Source: a virus
Taxonomy: Duplodnaviria > Caudoviricetes
Reading direction: 5' to 3' (one strand)
IMG/VR virus record: IMGVR_UViG_3300044267_002770
Coordinates: 1 to 27,174 of that record
DNA: 27,174 bases
The notes under the pieces: model-generated
The model's input: only the letters and a program-made list of their open reading frames with translations
What the model was told of the DNA's origin: nothing
Database searches by the model: none
Shown: positions 1 through 10,061 of the stretch, in pieces
Numbering within the stretch: the stretch's first letter is position 1
How the letters are laid out: each line of letters starts with the position of its first letter
Program-made: the position numbers and the translations under genes

Positions 1-3000
1 AGGAGTGAGATTATAGGATCTCTTATTGCCATAGCTCACTCAGCAAGTCAAGATGATATTGATCAAGCTTTTATTAATGGATATGACTTTGCTCAGCAAA
101 GTTTTAATCTTATTACTGAATCAGATCTAGATACTGCTTATGCAGAAGGTGTTGCTTCGGTAGATGTTACAATAGATAACCAAGATGCATACGATCTTGG
201 ATTTAGTGTAGGTGCTGCTTCAGTAACACCTGAAGACGGAATAACGCAAGATGATGTAGATGCAGCAGTAGCACTTGTGCAGGTACAATTTGAACAAGCA
301 CAAGATAACCTACAGATTAGTAGTGCTGATAATGAAAAACTTACTCAAGATATTTTTTCTTTATTAGGTTTGCTTATTAACCTTACTTCAAGCATTCAAA
401 ACTTTTCAGCTGGATCTTTATCTGACGCTTTAAGTAATTTAGAATTAATATCAACTACTTCAGATGCATCTATTGCTGAATATAACGATACTCATAATAC
501 AAATGTAGAGAACCTTAACGATATTATATCTTCTATACAGACACAGCTGTCAAGTGTACAGCAGCTAGAAGAATCTCAAGAAGATAATAACATTTACGAG
601 GAACATAGTTTTGTTATATATGGAGATGTAGCTCCAGGTTTTAACCCAGAAGATGGCCCAAATATTCGTCTTTCTTTTCAAAATGAAAACATTGGGTTCA
701 TTACAGGTGGATCCCAACTTGGAATGACTGATTCAAATAGTAACATAAAAATTTATAATGGTGGTCCAAGTTATTATGCTTATCATGGAAATACTCCAGC
801 TGAGACTATATATCGTCATTGTCATACTTTTGATGATTCTGAATCACACTCTAATGGCTACGCTGGAGGTGTTGGTCATGAACACATTAAAGTAATACAA
901 AACGATTCTGGTGGCTCAACAATATTAAAGCTTAAATTAGAAAACTTTAATTCAACTAGTCCAATGTCTTCTACTGAATCACCACTTATAGGTGAGGGAT
1001 ACGGGTTTATTGATGAGAGTGGGAATACTATAGATAGAGGACTTCATTTTACTATATCTGTTATATCTGGAGACCCTAATTGGGTATTTTATTTAGGTAA
1101 TCCTGAGTCAATTAGTGGAACTCCTCAGAGTATTATTGCTAATTTTAATTCTAACTTTAACGGGGCAAAACAAATTCATGATTTACTAATCTCTAGCCCT
1201 AGCCGTAACTCTAGCCCTAACTTAGGTGCAAGAACTATTAGAGCCTCTAGTACAAACTTACTAAATGGTGGTCCTGGTCCTGATGGGCAGGATTCAGGTT
1301 GGGTATCAGTAAATACTGTTGGAGGAGGTCATCCAGCATCCTGGTCTTGGAGCGGTTATTGGCAGAATACTTCTGGTAGAATAATATGGGCTGAGGATAT
1401 TGTATCAAAATCTGTAGATTTAGAGCCTGGAACTGTTTATGAGGTTACCTTTGAATCCTGGGGTCGATTTGGTACAAATGAAAGTGGTGTATTTGATCAT
1501 ACAGGGGGAAATAGGCAAGGTAGACGACTTACAGTTGATTTAGGTGATAATACTCTTGGTGCTAGCTCTGAAAACACAGTTATTTTTCCTTCAGATCTAC
1601 TTAGTGCTGGTGAAAGTTACAATCAAAACTTACAATATTACGAACTTAACGCTGAGGGAGGTAGAGCTTTTCGGGTATGGGGTCCTAGTGCACCTGGAGA
1701 GAATACTGCAATTATAGATGATTATGCTCATGGTGCTAATAAATGGCATAAAATTTATATAAGGACTGGAGATTCTTACACAGCAGATACTATAAGGCTT
1801 ACTAGTCCTGACAATGACCCTAATCCAAGTCAGGATGACGAAGCTAAAACAATGGGTCAAGGTTTTGTTGGCTGGGTAGATGATATATCTATAAAAGTTG
1901 TCGATGGTTTAGATGTTGACACAACCACTCAAGCGACCCAAGACTCTGTGTTAAAAATCTTATACGAAAGAACTGTTTCTGCACAAGGTAGATCTAACTA
2001 CTTAGATCCTTTGTATAGCAAGTCAAGGATAATGAATGGTTCTGCTAAAAGAATTTTAAAGAATAAGTTGACTGGTGTTGTAAGAGAGGTTCCTATTGTT
2101 GCTGGTGGATATAAATGTATTGGAGCTTACGAGGATAAACCTAAAAATAAGATTTATTATTTTGTACACAATCAGCACTTAAATAATAAAAAGTATGACT
2201 GCATACTAGAGTTCGATCTAATAGCTGACTCTGTTGCAACTATTTATCAAGATGGTAGAACTTCTAGTGACAACTCTAATAACCGTATATTAAACTTTCG
2301 TGATGACTACCCTATAACAGGTATAAGTAAAGTTGATGATATTCTTTATTTTACAGACAACTGGCAGAGACCTAAAAAAATAAACGTTGAGCTTGCAAAA
2401 CAAAACGAGAAAAACATAAACAACCCTAAGTTTGTATTTAAAGATGCTTACTATAGAAGTGCTACATCAACTGTATATATAGGTGTTGGCTCAAATAATC
2501 ACGACCTTTTAGCGGAGGATGATATTTATGCTCAACTTGGTGCGACCTCAGGTCTTGAGGCTACAGGGATAAACGGATACTCTAAGATTATAGGGGTAGT
2601 TAGAAAACCTAAAGTAGGTGTTACATATTCAGTTTCTTTTAATAGTCCTACTGTAACAACTAATGTTAGTAATAATGGTTTAGAGGACTTTGAAGGTGAC
2701 TGGATAGGTATAGAGGATGCTAATAATAACAACTTCCCTTTCTACTATCAAATATCTACTGTAATTGGAAATACCATTACTTTAGCTTCTCCATACGAGC
2801 AAGCTACAAATTCTAATGCTACTCCTATTTCTTTTCAGGGGCAAAATGCTGTAGGTATAATTACAGACTCCCCTTGGCCAGGATCTTTTACCGCTGTTGA
2901 TGGTGTTATATTGTACTCTGATCCTTATTCTGATAACAGAGAACATATTTTAGACGCCTATTCTCCTCTTATTAGTTTTGGAACTTACGAGGATAAGATG

Positions 3001-6000
3001 AAGTATTTTGATGTTGTAAAACATCAACCTACTCATCAGCCTCTTACAGATCTAAGGTTAGACCCTTCATTTGCTACTAACAATATTCTTGATAACGTAT
3101 TTCAGTTTAAATACAGATATATTCATGTAGACAACGAGCAAACATCTTATAGCCCTATATCGGATATTACAATAGATCCTGTATTTGGTTTAAATTCTGC
3201 TATTGACGCTTCAGGTTACAACTCTATATCAAACGTAATAGATATAGGATATGAAGATGGTATTGGCGATGTTAAAGATGTAGAGATTGTCGCTAGAAAA
3301 GGTAACACTGGTGAGTTTTTCTTAATTGACACTGTAACAAATAACTTTATAAATTACCTTAAAAAAGCAAAGAACAAGTACTTGCCAGAATATCAATATC
3401 CTATATTGGGAGAGGAAGCAGCCTTAGTTACTTCAAAAGTAAGTTTTTACAATAACGGTACTTATCCTTTTATTGACAAGAGAGATTCTGATAAACTTTT
3501 TGATGCTGTACCAAAGCTTGCTAAAGCACAAACTATATTATCAAACAATAGACTTGCTTATGGTAACGTTTTAGAGGGGTATGATAACACTAAGCTTATA
3601 GCTAGTTCAAGGTTTGCTTTTGATGAAGATAGTGATGCTTCCACCGTACAAGATGGAACTACTCAAATTCTAACTTCAACTGAGTCAGGTCAAGGTGGGT
3701 TTTCAAGTTTACAAACAACGGATCCAGATTTTGAGTTATTTAACCCTGACCTTGGAGGAGGAGAGGGCCCTTTTGGTCAAAATGGTGGACGTACTAAACA
3801 TCGTCAAGCTTGGGACCTAGGTAGTCTAAACCTATCCTCTGGTGGAACACAAATGGTTTACATAAGCTACTCTTGGAAGTATAATAAAAAACCTGATACT
3901 GGTAGTAGACAAAAAAGACTTGGTACTTTTTCTCTTTCAGGTGTAAACGTTACTGGAATCGCAGATGTTAACGAGCTAGGTCAGTTTCTTGCTGACGCTA
4001 TAAACCAAGGTCTTGGAGTGACTACTACAGAGTTTGGTCATGGTAGTGAAGTTGGACCTTGTGGTAACGAAACTGTAGCGACATTTAACCCGAATTATGA
4101 TAACACTGGAGCTAAACTTTTAATAGTTACTTTTAAGTACAATAAAAATAATGAGTTTTCATTTACATTAAATGGTGCTGGATGGGGTCAGGATAACCCT
4201 TTTGAGTCAGCTAATGAATCTGTATTTGTTTCTGGTGACGGAGGAACGTCTTCTTATAAATCAGGAGCTTTCCATAACTTTGGTATATCTTACTTTGACG
4301 AAACTAATAGATGTTCGTTTGTTAACGCTGCTGTTGACTACTCAGGAGTGCAAGGTGCAGAGGCCGCTGGTGGTGTTGTTTTAAACGGTACTAGACCTTA
4401 CAATAAGTTTTTTACAGAGTCTGCAGGACCACCTTTAAATCAAGGGGCTGCTGCCGAAATCAATATATATAGTAGACCTCCTGTATGGGCAACTCATTAT
4501 CAGATTTGTTACACAGGTAATACAACTATTGATAACGACCCAGATAGTGACTTCCCAGGATTTATTCAAATGATGTTTGTTGGTGCTAAAATAGCAGAAG
4601 ACAGTAACGACAAGCAGATATACCTAAACATGGGTGCGTTAAAAGGTCAAGACTGGAGTTATAATCAAGCTAACAACTCTAAGCTAAACTACAATTATGT
4701 TGCTGGAGATAGAATTAGATTTATAAGTTTTGATAAGAGTGGTTCTAGATATAAGTTCTCACAATATATAGATTTAGAAATTGCTGGGATGGATCTTTAC
4801 CTTGACGTTGAAGAGCCACCAATAAGTGTTAACGAAACAACAGAAGGCTTTTACTTAAGGATAAATGATCCTGGTGAATCTTCTGTTACTTACGAGGGAT
4901 CTGGAGCAGGAAACACTATTAGTATAGCTCACTCAGGTTTTAACCTTGCAACTAGTGGTTACAATAAGCTTATAGCAGAGATATACAGACCTAAGAAAGA
5001 TTTAGATTCAGACCTTATGGTTTACTACGAAGTAGGGCCAAAGTTTCCTATAATGAATGCTGGGTCACCTAACAGAAACCATGGAGGATTTTCTGTTCAA
5101 GGTCATGACTTTACTTTTAATAGAGCAATTGGTGATTACATATCTAGTATTCCATCTACTATAAAAATGACGAGTGGAGATGTATACTTAAAGCCTAGAA
5201 GTATGGCTAACGTAACTGATGGAAGTGAAAAAGAAGTATTCTTCCCTGAAGACTACTACCTTAATGACTTCCATAGAACAAACCACTACAGTAGAGGTAG
5301 GATAAATATTATTAATAACAACTCCGCTCAGAGAAGACTAGGGGCATCTGTATACTACTCAGAGACATATTCTAGCACAGGATCTTCTAACGGGTTATCT
5401 TCTTTTAACCTTGCTAACGTTCCTTACTTTGACTATAACAAAGACTTTGGATCTATACAGTCTCTACAAACTAGAGATAATGACTTAATTATATTCCACG
5501 AAAATAAAGTCGGTAGAGTATTAGTTGAAAAAGACATCCTTAACACTGCATCTGGAGAAGGGCTGGTTTCTCTATCTAAAGATATTATAGGGAACTATGT
5601 AAACCTTTATAAAGGTGATTATGGTTGTGGTTACCACCCTGAAAGTATTGTTAAGTTTGCTAATATATTTTATTTTGTTGACATCAAAAGAGGTGCTGTT
5701 TTAAGGTTGTCAGCTGATGGCTTGACAGTTATTTCAGATAACGGAATGAGAGATTACTTTAGGGATCTTGGTGAGATGTATGTCATACATAATGCTGATA
5801 CTAGTGAGAGTCCTTCTGGTGAAGTCTTTAATATTGTTGCAGGATACGACCCTAAATATGACGAGTATATTGTATCATTCCCTAACGTTTATGGAAAACT
5901 AGGTGAAGGTTTATGGGAAGGTAGTAGAACGTTCTGGGATTCTTCTTTTGATAAGTATCAAAATAGACGTAGAGAGCAGGTTTATGAAGCTAAGACTCTA

Positions 6001-7353
6001 GCTTTTAATGAGAGAATAAATAGATGGACATCATTCTATGATATTTATCCAGAGTTTTATAGTAGAGTTGGTAGACAGTTTATTAGTTTTAAAGATGGTA
6101 GACTCTATAGACACAACATGACTGATAGGTTTTATCAAAACATGTATGGTATTACTGAGGAATACTACCTTACTAGAATTAATAGACACTACAATAGTTT
6201 TTATGGCGACCAGTTTGATTCTCACATACAGTTTCCATTTAACGCAGATCCTTCTTCTGTAAAATCTTTTAACGCTCTTAGTCTGGAGAGTGATGTTAAG
6301 TTACTTGCGTCTATGTATACTAATATAGGTCAGGTTATTGAAGGTGTTGATCTAGAGGATGGTTACGAAAGAGGTATATCTACTAACATTGCATTTAAAA
6401 AAGTTAGTGGTTTAATTTCTGATACAAACTCCCCTACTTTTTCCCAATATGGAAGTAATGTCATTTTAGGTCAAGGTGTTAAGTTTTTTGAAGAGGTAAG
6501 GGTAGGAGACTTAGTTAGAATTTTTGGAAAGAATGCATCAGGAGAATACGCTTTTATAAACAGAATTGTTACGTCTGTTATTTCAAATAATATCATTGCT
6601 TTATCAGGTGGTGTTACTATTGATGTTTTCAATAATCACATGGAGGTTATAGATTATAAAACAAAAGAAGGTGTGCACTACACTAATATTCCTTTTGTTT
6701 CTTCTGAATTAATGGATAAAGCTTCAGGTTATGGTGGTGCTTATGGTGCTGGGCAGGGTGACGGATCAGAGTTTACTGGTATTGGGTTAGTTTCAACCAT
6801 GATTTCTAATAATTCTGTTTTTAAAACTATAAGAGGAACTTTTAACAACTTTATAAACAACTCTATAGGATCAGATCAAATGGTTGTTGGTGCTGAATAT
6901 GTATACATTTCAGGTGATGGATTTGATATAAGTAACTTTAGTAATCAGTATGATTCAACAGCATTCCTTAAAGGTTCTGTATTTGTTTGTCAACAAGTTC
7001 CAAGTCAATCTCTTTCACCATCACAAGTTCTTAGTACTAACGTTAAACTATATGCTAGAAGATCTGCAAAGTATGGATCGCAAGTTGTATTCCTTGGGTA
7101 CCCTTATTCTTCAGGTAGAGAAGAAATTAGTTTTGTAGCTAATTTTGGTTACAGCCAACCATCGCATAATGAGCTTGAAAGTTTCTTGTTTATAGTTAAA
7201 GATGGCCACGTAGAAGGTGAAAAAATGAAGGGTCAGTATATGATGACAACTTTAACGACTGAACATCCAGGGGCTGCAGAATTGTCTAAATACAAGTTTA
7301 ACTTATACGCTGCTAACGTAGATGTAGACAAGAGTGAGCTTAGTAATAAATAA
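1..7353 (+). CDS. Tail stabilization / nozzle protein (crAss-like, P22 gp10-type) with large inserted domains; 5'-truncated (>2450 aa)
   Basis: Frame 1 is open from base 1 (RSEIIGSLIAIAHSASQDD...), so the GTG at 277 is not the real start. Family motifs: CIGAYEDKPKNKIYYFV, LNF..DYPITGISKVDDILYFTDN..RPKKIN, FQFKYRY..DNEQTSYSP, FDAVPKLAKAQ..NRLAYGN, NGLSSFN..FGSIQ, YGCGYHPES..YFVDIKRGAVLRLSADGLTVIS..GMRDYF, GYDPKYDEY, GEKMKGQY. It sits directly before three ejection-type genes. Confidence 0.8.
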   Translation, partial: RSEIIGSLIAIAHSASQDDIDQAFINGYDFAQQSFNLITESDLDTAYAEGVASVDVTIDNQDAYDLGFSVGAASVTPEDGITQDDVDAAVALVQVQFEQAQDNLQISSADNEKLTQDIFSLLGLLINLTSSIQNFSAGSLSDALSNLELISTTSDASIAEYNDTHNTNVENLNDIISSIQTQLSSVQQLEESQEDNNIYEEHSFVIYGDVAPGFNPEDGPNIRLSFQNENIGFITGGSQLGMTDSNSNIKIYNGGPSYYAYHGNTPAETIYRHCHTFDDSESHSNGYAGGVGHEHIKVIQNDSGGSTILKLKLENFNSTSPMSSTESPLIGEGYGFIDESGNTIDRGLHFTISVISGDPNWVFYLGNPESISGTPQSIIANFNSNFNGAKQIHDLLISSPSRNSSPNLGARTIRASSTNLLNGGPGPDGQDSGWVSVNTVGGGHPASWSWSGYWQNTSGRIIWAEDIVSKSVDLEPGTVYEVTFESWGRFGTNESGVFDHTGGNRQGRRLTVDLGDNTLGASSENTVIFPSDLLSAGESYNQNLQYYELNAEGGRAFRVWGPSAPGENTAIIDDYAHGANKWHKIYIRTGDSYTADTIRLTSPDNDPNPSQDDEAKTMGQGFVGWVDDISIKVVDGLDVDTTTQATQDSVLKILYERTVSAQGRSNYLDPLYSKSRIMNGSAKRILKNKLTGVVREVPIVAGGYKCIGAYEDKPKNKIYYFVHNQHLNNKKYDCILEFDLIADSVATIYQDGRTSSDNSNNRILNFRDDYPITGISKVDDILYFTDNWQRPKKINVELAKQNEKNINNPKFVFKDAYYRSATSTVYIGVGSNNHDLLAEDDIYAQLGATSGLEATGINGYSKIIGVVRKPKVGVTYSVSFNSPTVTTNVSNNGLEDFEGDWIGIEDANNNNFPFYYQISTVIGNTITLASPYEQATNSNATPISFQGQNAVGIITDSPWPGSFTAVDGVILYSDPYSDNREHILDAYSPLISFGTYEDKMKYFDVVKHQPTHQPLTDLRLDPSFATNNILDNVFQFKYRYIHVDNEQTSYSPISDITIDPVFGLNSAIDASGYNSISNVIDIGYEDGIGDVKDVEIVARKGNTGEFFLIDTVTNNFINYLKKAKNKYLPEYQYPILGEEAALVTSKVSFYNNGTYPFIDKRDSDKLFDAVPKLAKAQTILSNNRLAYGNVLEGYDNTKLIASSRFAFDEDSDASTVQDGTTQILTSTESGQGGFSSLQTTDPDFELFNPDLGGGEGPFGQNGGRTKHRQAWDLGSLNLSSGGTQMVYISYSWKYNKKPDTGSRQKRLGTFSLSGVNVTGIADVNELGQFLADAINQGLGVTTTEFGHGSEVGPCGNETVATFNPNYDNTGAKLLIVTFKYNKNNEFSFTLNGAGWGQDNPFESANESVFVSGDGGTSSYKSGAFHNFGISYFDETNRCSFVNAAVDYSGVQGAEAAGGVVLNGTRPYNKFFTESAGPPLNQGAAAEINIYSRPPVWATHYQICYTGNTTIDNDPDSDFPGFIQMMFVGAKIAEDSNDKQIYLNMGALKGQDWSYNQANNSKLNYNYVAGDRIRFISFDKSGSRYKFSQYIDLEIAGMDLYLDVEEPPISVNETTEGFYLRINDPGESSVTYEGSGAGNTISIAHSGFNLATSGYNKLIAEIYRPKKDLDSDLMVYYEVGPKFPIMNAGSPNRNHGGFSVQGHDFTFNRAIGDYISSIPSTIKMTSGDVYLKPRSMANVTDGSEKEVFFPEDYYLNDFHRTNHYSRGRINIINNNSAQRRLGASVYYSETYSSTGSSNGLSSFNLANVPYFDYNKDFGSIQSLQTRDNDLIIFHENKVGRVLVEKDILNTASGEGLVSLSKDIIGNYVNLYKGDYGCGYHPESIVKFANIFYFVDIKRGAVLRLSADGLTVISDNGMRDYFRDLGEMYVIHNADTSESPSGEVFNIVAGYDPKYDEYIVSFPNVYGKLGEGLWEGSRTFWDSSFDKYQNRRREQVYEAKTLAFNERINRWTSFYDIYPEFYSRVGRQFISFKDGRLYRHNMTDRFYQNMYGITEEYYLTRINRHYNSFYGDQFDSHIQFPFNADPSSVKSFNALSLESDVKLLASMYTNIGQVIEGVDLEDGYERGISTNIAFKKVSGLISDTNSPTFSQYGSNVILGQGVKFFEEVRVGDLVRIFGKNASGEYAFINRIVTSVISNNIIALSGGVTIDVFNNHMEVIDYKTKEGVHYTNIPFVSSELMDKASGYGGAYGAGQGDGSEFTGIGLVSTMISNNSVFKTIRGTFNNFINNSIGSDQMVVGAEYVYISGDGFDISNFSNQYDSTAFLKGSVFVCQQVPSQSLSPSQVLSTNVKLYARRSAKYGSQVVFLGYPYSSGREEISFVANFGYSQPSHNELESFLFIVKDGHVEGEKMKGQYMMTTLTTEHPGAAELSKYKFNLYAANVDVDKSELSNK

Positions 7354-7368
7354 TAAGAAAAAAAATAG

Positions 7369-7376
7369 TACATTTG
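7369..7376 (+). promoter_or_regulatory. Bacteroidota-type -7 promoter element (TACATTTG)
   Basis: Exact TAnnTTTG match in the 38-nt intergenic gap, 15 nt before the ATG at 7392, with an A-tract upstream. Confidence 0.65.
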
Positions 7377-7391
7377 TAAAAATTCAATAAC

Positions 7392-8579
7392 ATGGCACGT
7401 AGAGTAAAACCTAAGATAAAATATAATAAGAAAAAGAAAACACCTAAGGCTTTTGTTGGAGCTGCAACTGCAGCCCTTGGTGCAGGTAAAATGATTTATG
7501 GTGCTGTTCAAGGTAGAAAAGCTAGAAAGGAACAAGAGGCTTTTGATCAAGATAGGTTGAAAGGACAGGTTAGCTCAGCCACTCAAAAGATGGCAGACGA
7601 GCCTATAGACCAAAGCTATATAGAACAGATGCAAGGTCAGCAAGCTGCTGATAGGGCTTCTGCTATGGGTGCTTTAGCTAAAGATCCTAGAAACGCTCTA
7701 GCAGGGGTTCAAGCTTTAGAGAGTCAAGCTGCAAAGCAACGTACAGATTTATTAGGCATGCAACAAAGAGCTAAAACTTCAGCTATGCAGAACTTAGCTA
7801 GAGAACAGCAAGCTGTAGAGAAGCAGAGGTTGGATGTTGCTGGGGCAGAGTTGGAAGGTATTAGAGGTCAAAAAGCTGCTGCTGAACAGAATATATTTGG
7901 AGGTCTTGAAGATGTGTCTGCTGGAATTGGAGAAGGTGCTTTAACGGAACTTGGATTAGTAAAATCAGAAAAAGGCGGAAAGATAGGTGAAGATGGTGGA
8001 GTAACTCCTGGAGAGTTTGATCATAGTACTAATAAAATAGATATGGTTCAAGATGGAGAGAAGATTGGTGAGGCTACAGGTGGGGAGTTAATACTACCTC
8101 CTGATGATGTTAATGATATTAGATCTGCATTAAAAAATGGAGATAAAGAAGCAGCTTTTAAGCTAATGGAGGATTTGGTAGCTAAATACGATAGCAACGT
8201 TATAGGTGATGATGATGATAGTGAAGCACAGGAAGGTGCTAAAATGAAAGAGCCTACTGTACCGCCTTTAGATGGCGATAGAGCTAACGAAATTGTGAAA
8301 GTTATGAAAAGTAACGCTGATCAGGTTAGAAACGTTGGAGAGCTTCCTTTCGATGAGGATCCAACAAATCCTGCAGGACTTGTTAAGTACGTTGGTGACA
8401 AACTTTCTTTCGATATAGATTCAACCAATAAAGCTGAGATTGACTTTATTAAAAACTACAGAGACTTTCTTATTAAAGATAAAGGAAGAGTTGACGCACC
8501 TAAAAAAGAAATGATGGGTGGTGGATATTTAGCTAAAGTAAAAGCTAGAATGGGTTCTTACATAAAATCAAAAATGTAA
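7392..8579 (+). CDS. Putative ejection/pilot (internal virion) protein, 395 aa
   Basis: Basic N-terminus, then a Gly/Ala hydrophobic stretch (FVGAATAALGAGKMIYGAVQG) and Gln/Ala helical region as in P22 gp7/T7 gp14-type proteins. Contains a PGEFDH..GEATGGE module. First gene after the nozzle gene. Confidence 0.6.
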   Translation: MARRVKPKIKYNKKKKTPKAFVGAATAALGAGKMIYGAVQGRKARKEQEAFDQDRLKGQVSSATQKMADEPIDQSYIEQMQGQQAADRASAMGALAKDPRNALAGVQALESQAAKQRTDLLGMQQRAKTSAMQNLAREQQAVEKQRLDVAGAELEGIRGQKAAAEQNIFGGLEDVSAGIGEGALTELGLVKSEKGGKIGEDGGVTPGEFDHSTNKIDMVQDGEKIGEATGGELILPPDDVNDIRSALKNGDKEAAFKLMEDLVAKYDSNVIGDDDDSEAQEGAKMKEPTVPPLDGDRANEIVKVMKSNADQVRNVGELPFDEDPTNPAGLVKYVGDKLSFDIDSTNKAEIDFIKNYRDFLIKDKGRVDAPKKEMMGGGYLAKVKARMGSYIKSKM

Positions 8580-8582
8580 AAC

Positions 8583-10061
8583 ATGGCTGGAGAAGGTTTA
8601 TTTTTCACAGGAGTTGTTTTAAAGAATAATCGTAACTTATTGCAAGAGCAGGCTACTCGTGATTCTTTGCAGATTCAAAAGGATGAACTTAAGTTGCGAC
8701 AAGATGAGGCTGCTGCTAGGAGGAGAAAAGAAAGAGAGGAAGGTAGTAAAGCAATATCTTATTCTGGAGACGACATAAATGCAAGGCTTCAAGATCCCTA
8801 TAGAACTAATTACGATGAGTATAGAAATTATATGGAGCAAAACTCTTTAGATGTCTATGACTTAGTTCCTGACGCTGTTCAAAAAAGAGGTGATTTTGAA
8901 TCTAACCTTGTTACAGATGGTGAAAAACTAAAGAAAATATCTTTAGACTATAAAATTATAAAAGATAAAATATCTTCTGGGGAAATTGATACTTCAAAAT
9001 TATTAACAAATCCAGAGACGGGGAATTTTATTTTTGAAGAAAACTTCGATAGTATAGTAAATGGTTATAGTGGTGGCGAATCTTTAGATACTTTGATGAG
9101 TGATTTTTCATTAGAGTATAATGACGTTGTAGATGTTGTTGACTTTATAGATCCTAGTAATGGTTTGCTAGATGATATATTAGCAAAGGATGAAAATAAA
9201 CCTAAGGTTGATCAATTTCAAAAAGATGGTAGAGTTACAACTACCACGAATGTTCTTACAGATAATGTTTTAAATCAATTTAAACAAGAATTAAGAGAGA
9301 GCCTTAGGTTAGATAAAGATGGTAACTATGATGTTTTAGAGTTTCAAAGCTTATTACAAGGTCAACAAGATTTTGTTTTTGTTGACGGTTCTTCTGGAGA
9401 TGCTAGAAGAGCTTTTGCTAATACTAGTAAAGAAAATGGTGGTGCTGGTATGGCTGGTAATGTTGGAGACACTTTTTTAAATAAATTAGATCCTAAAAAT
9501 CAAGCGTTTGATCAAGACCTTTACAACCAATATGTAGAGTTTATAATTAGTGAGGAAACGAAGAAAGCTCAAAGTAAATACAAACCACAAGTAAGTGTAA
9601 CTCAAAAACCTTTGGGTGATGCACAAGAAGGTTTATCTCAAGAGGATATTGATTTTCTTACGGGCCCTTCTAAGTCTAAATTATCTTATGGTAATGTTCA
9701 ACTTAAGTTTGATGCAGGAATGTATGATGATGTTACAGATAGGAATATAGAAGTTAACATAGTACCTGAATCTTTGTTGCCAGGTCAAGGTGAGCTTCAA
9801 GAGTTTTTTGAAAAACAATACAAAGATGAGGTAGGAGATACTAACAAAAGTGTTAAAGGTCAAGTTACTAGACTTGGACTGACAGTTGACAATGTTAAAG
9901 TTGCCTCAGTTAAGTTTGGTAAAAAAGAATATTTAATACCTTACGAGTCTATAAGTAGTGAAATAGCAGAACTTAAAAAGACTTCTGTAGGATATAAGAT
10001 AGGTCAATTTGAATCTGAGTCTACCTCTCAAGGTATAGATACCTCAAAATATAATAAATAA
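8583..10061 (+). CDS. Putative ejection (internal virion) protein, 492 aa
   Basis: Acidic and helical with an N-terminal coiled coil. Middle of three genes of increasing size (gp14/gp15/gp16-like arrangement). Stop overlaps the next start (TAATG). Function inferred from position only. Confidence 0.5.
   Translation: MAGEGLFFTGVVLKNNRNLLQEQATRDSLQIQKDELKLRQDEAAARRRKEREEGSKAISYSGDDINARLQDPYRTNYDEYRNYMEQNSLDVYDLVPDAVQKRGDFESNLVTDGEKLKKISLDYKIIKDKISSGEIDTSKLLTNPETGNFIFEENFDSIVNGYSGGESLDTLMSDFSLEYNDVVDVVDFIDPSNGLLDDILAKDENKPKVDQFQKDGRVTTTTNVLTDNVLNQFKQELRESLRLDKDGNYDVLEFQSLLQGQQDFVFVDGSSGDARRAFANTSKENGGAGMAGNVGDTFLNKLDPKNQAFDQDLYNQYVEFIISEETKKAQSKYKPQVSVTQKPLGDAQEGLSQEDIDFLTGPSKSKLSYGNVQLKFDAGMYDDVTDRNIEVNIVPESLLPGQGELQEFFEKQYKDEVGDTNKSVKGQVTRLGLTVDNVKVASVKFGKKEYLIPYESISSEIAELKKTSVGYKIGQFESESTSQGIDTSKYNK

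Noticed and set aside
277-279. GTG start of the 2358-aa ORF
   Set aside because: The frame is open and protein-like from base 1, so the true start is upstream of the window
1191-1218. CTCTAGCCCT direct repeat
   Set aside because: Two copies encoding SSP within a CDS; trivial
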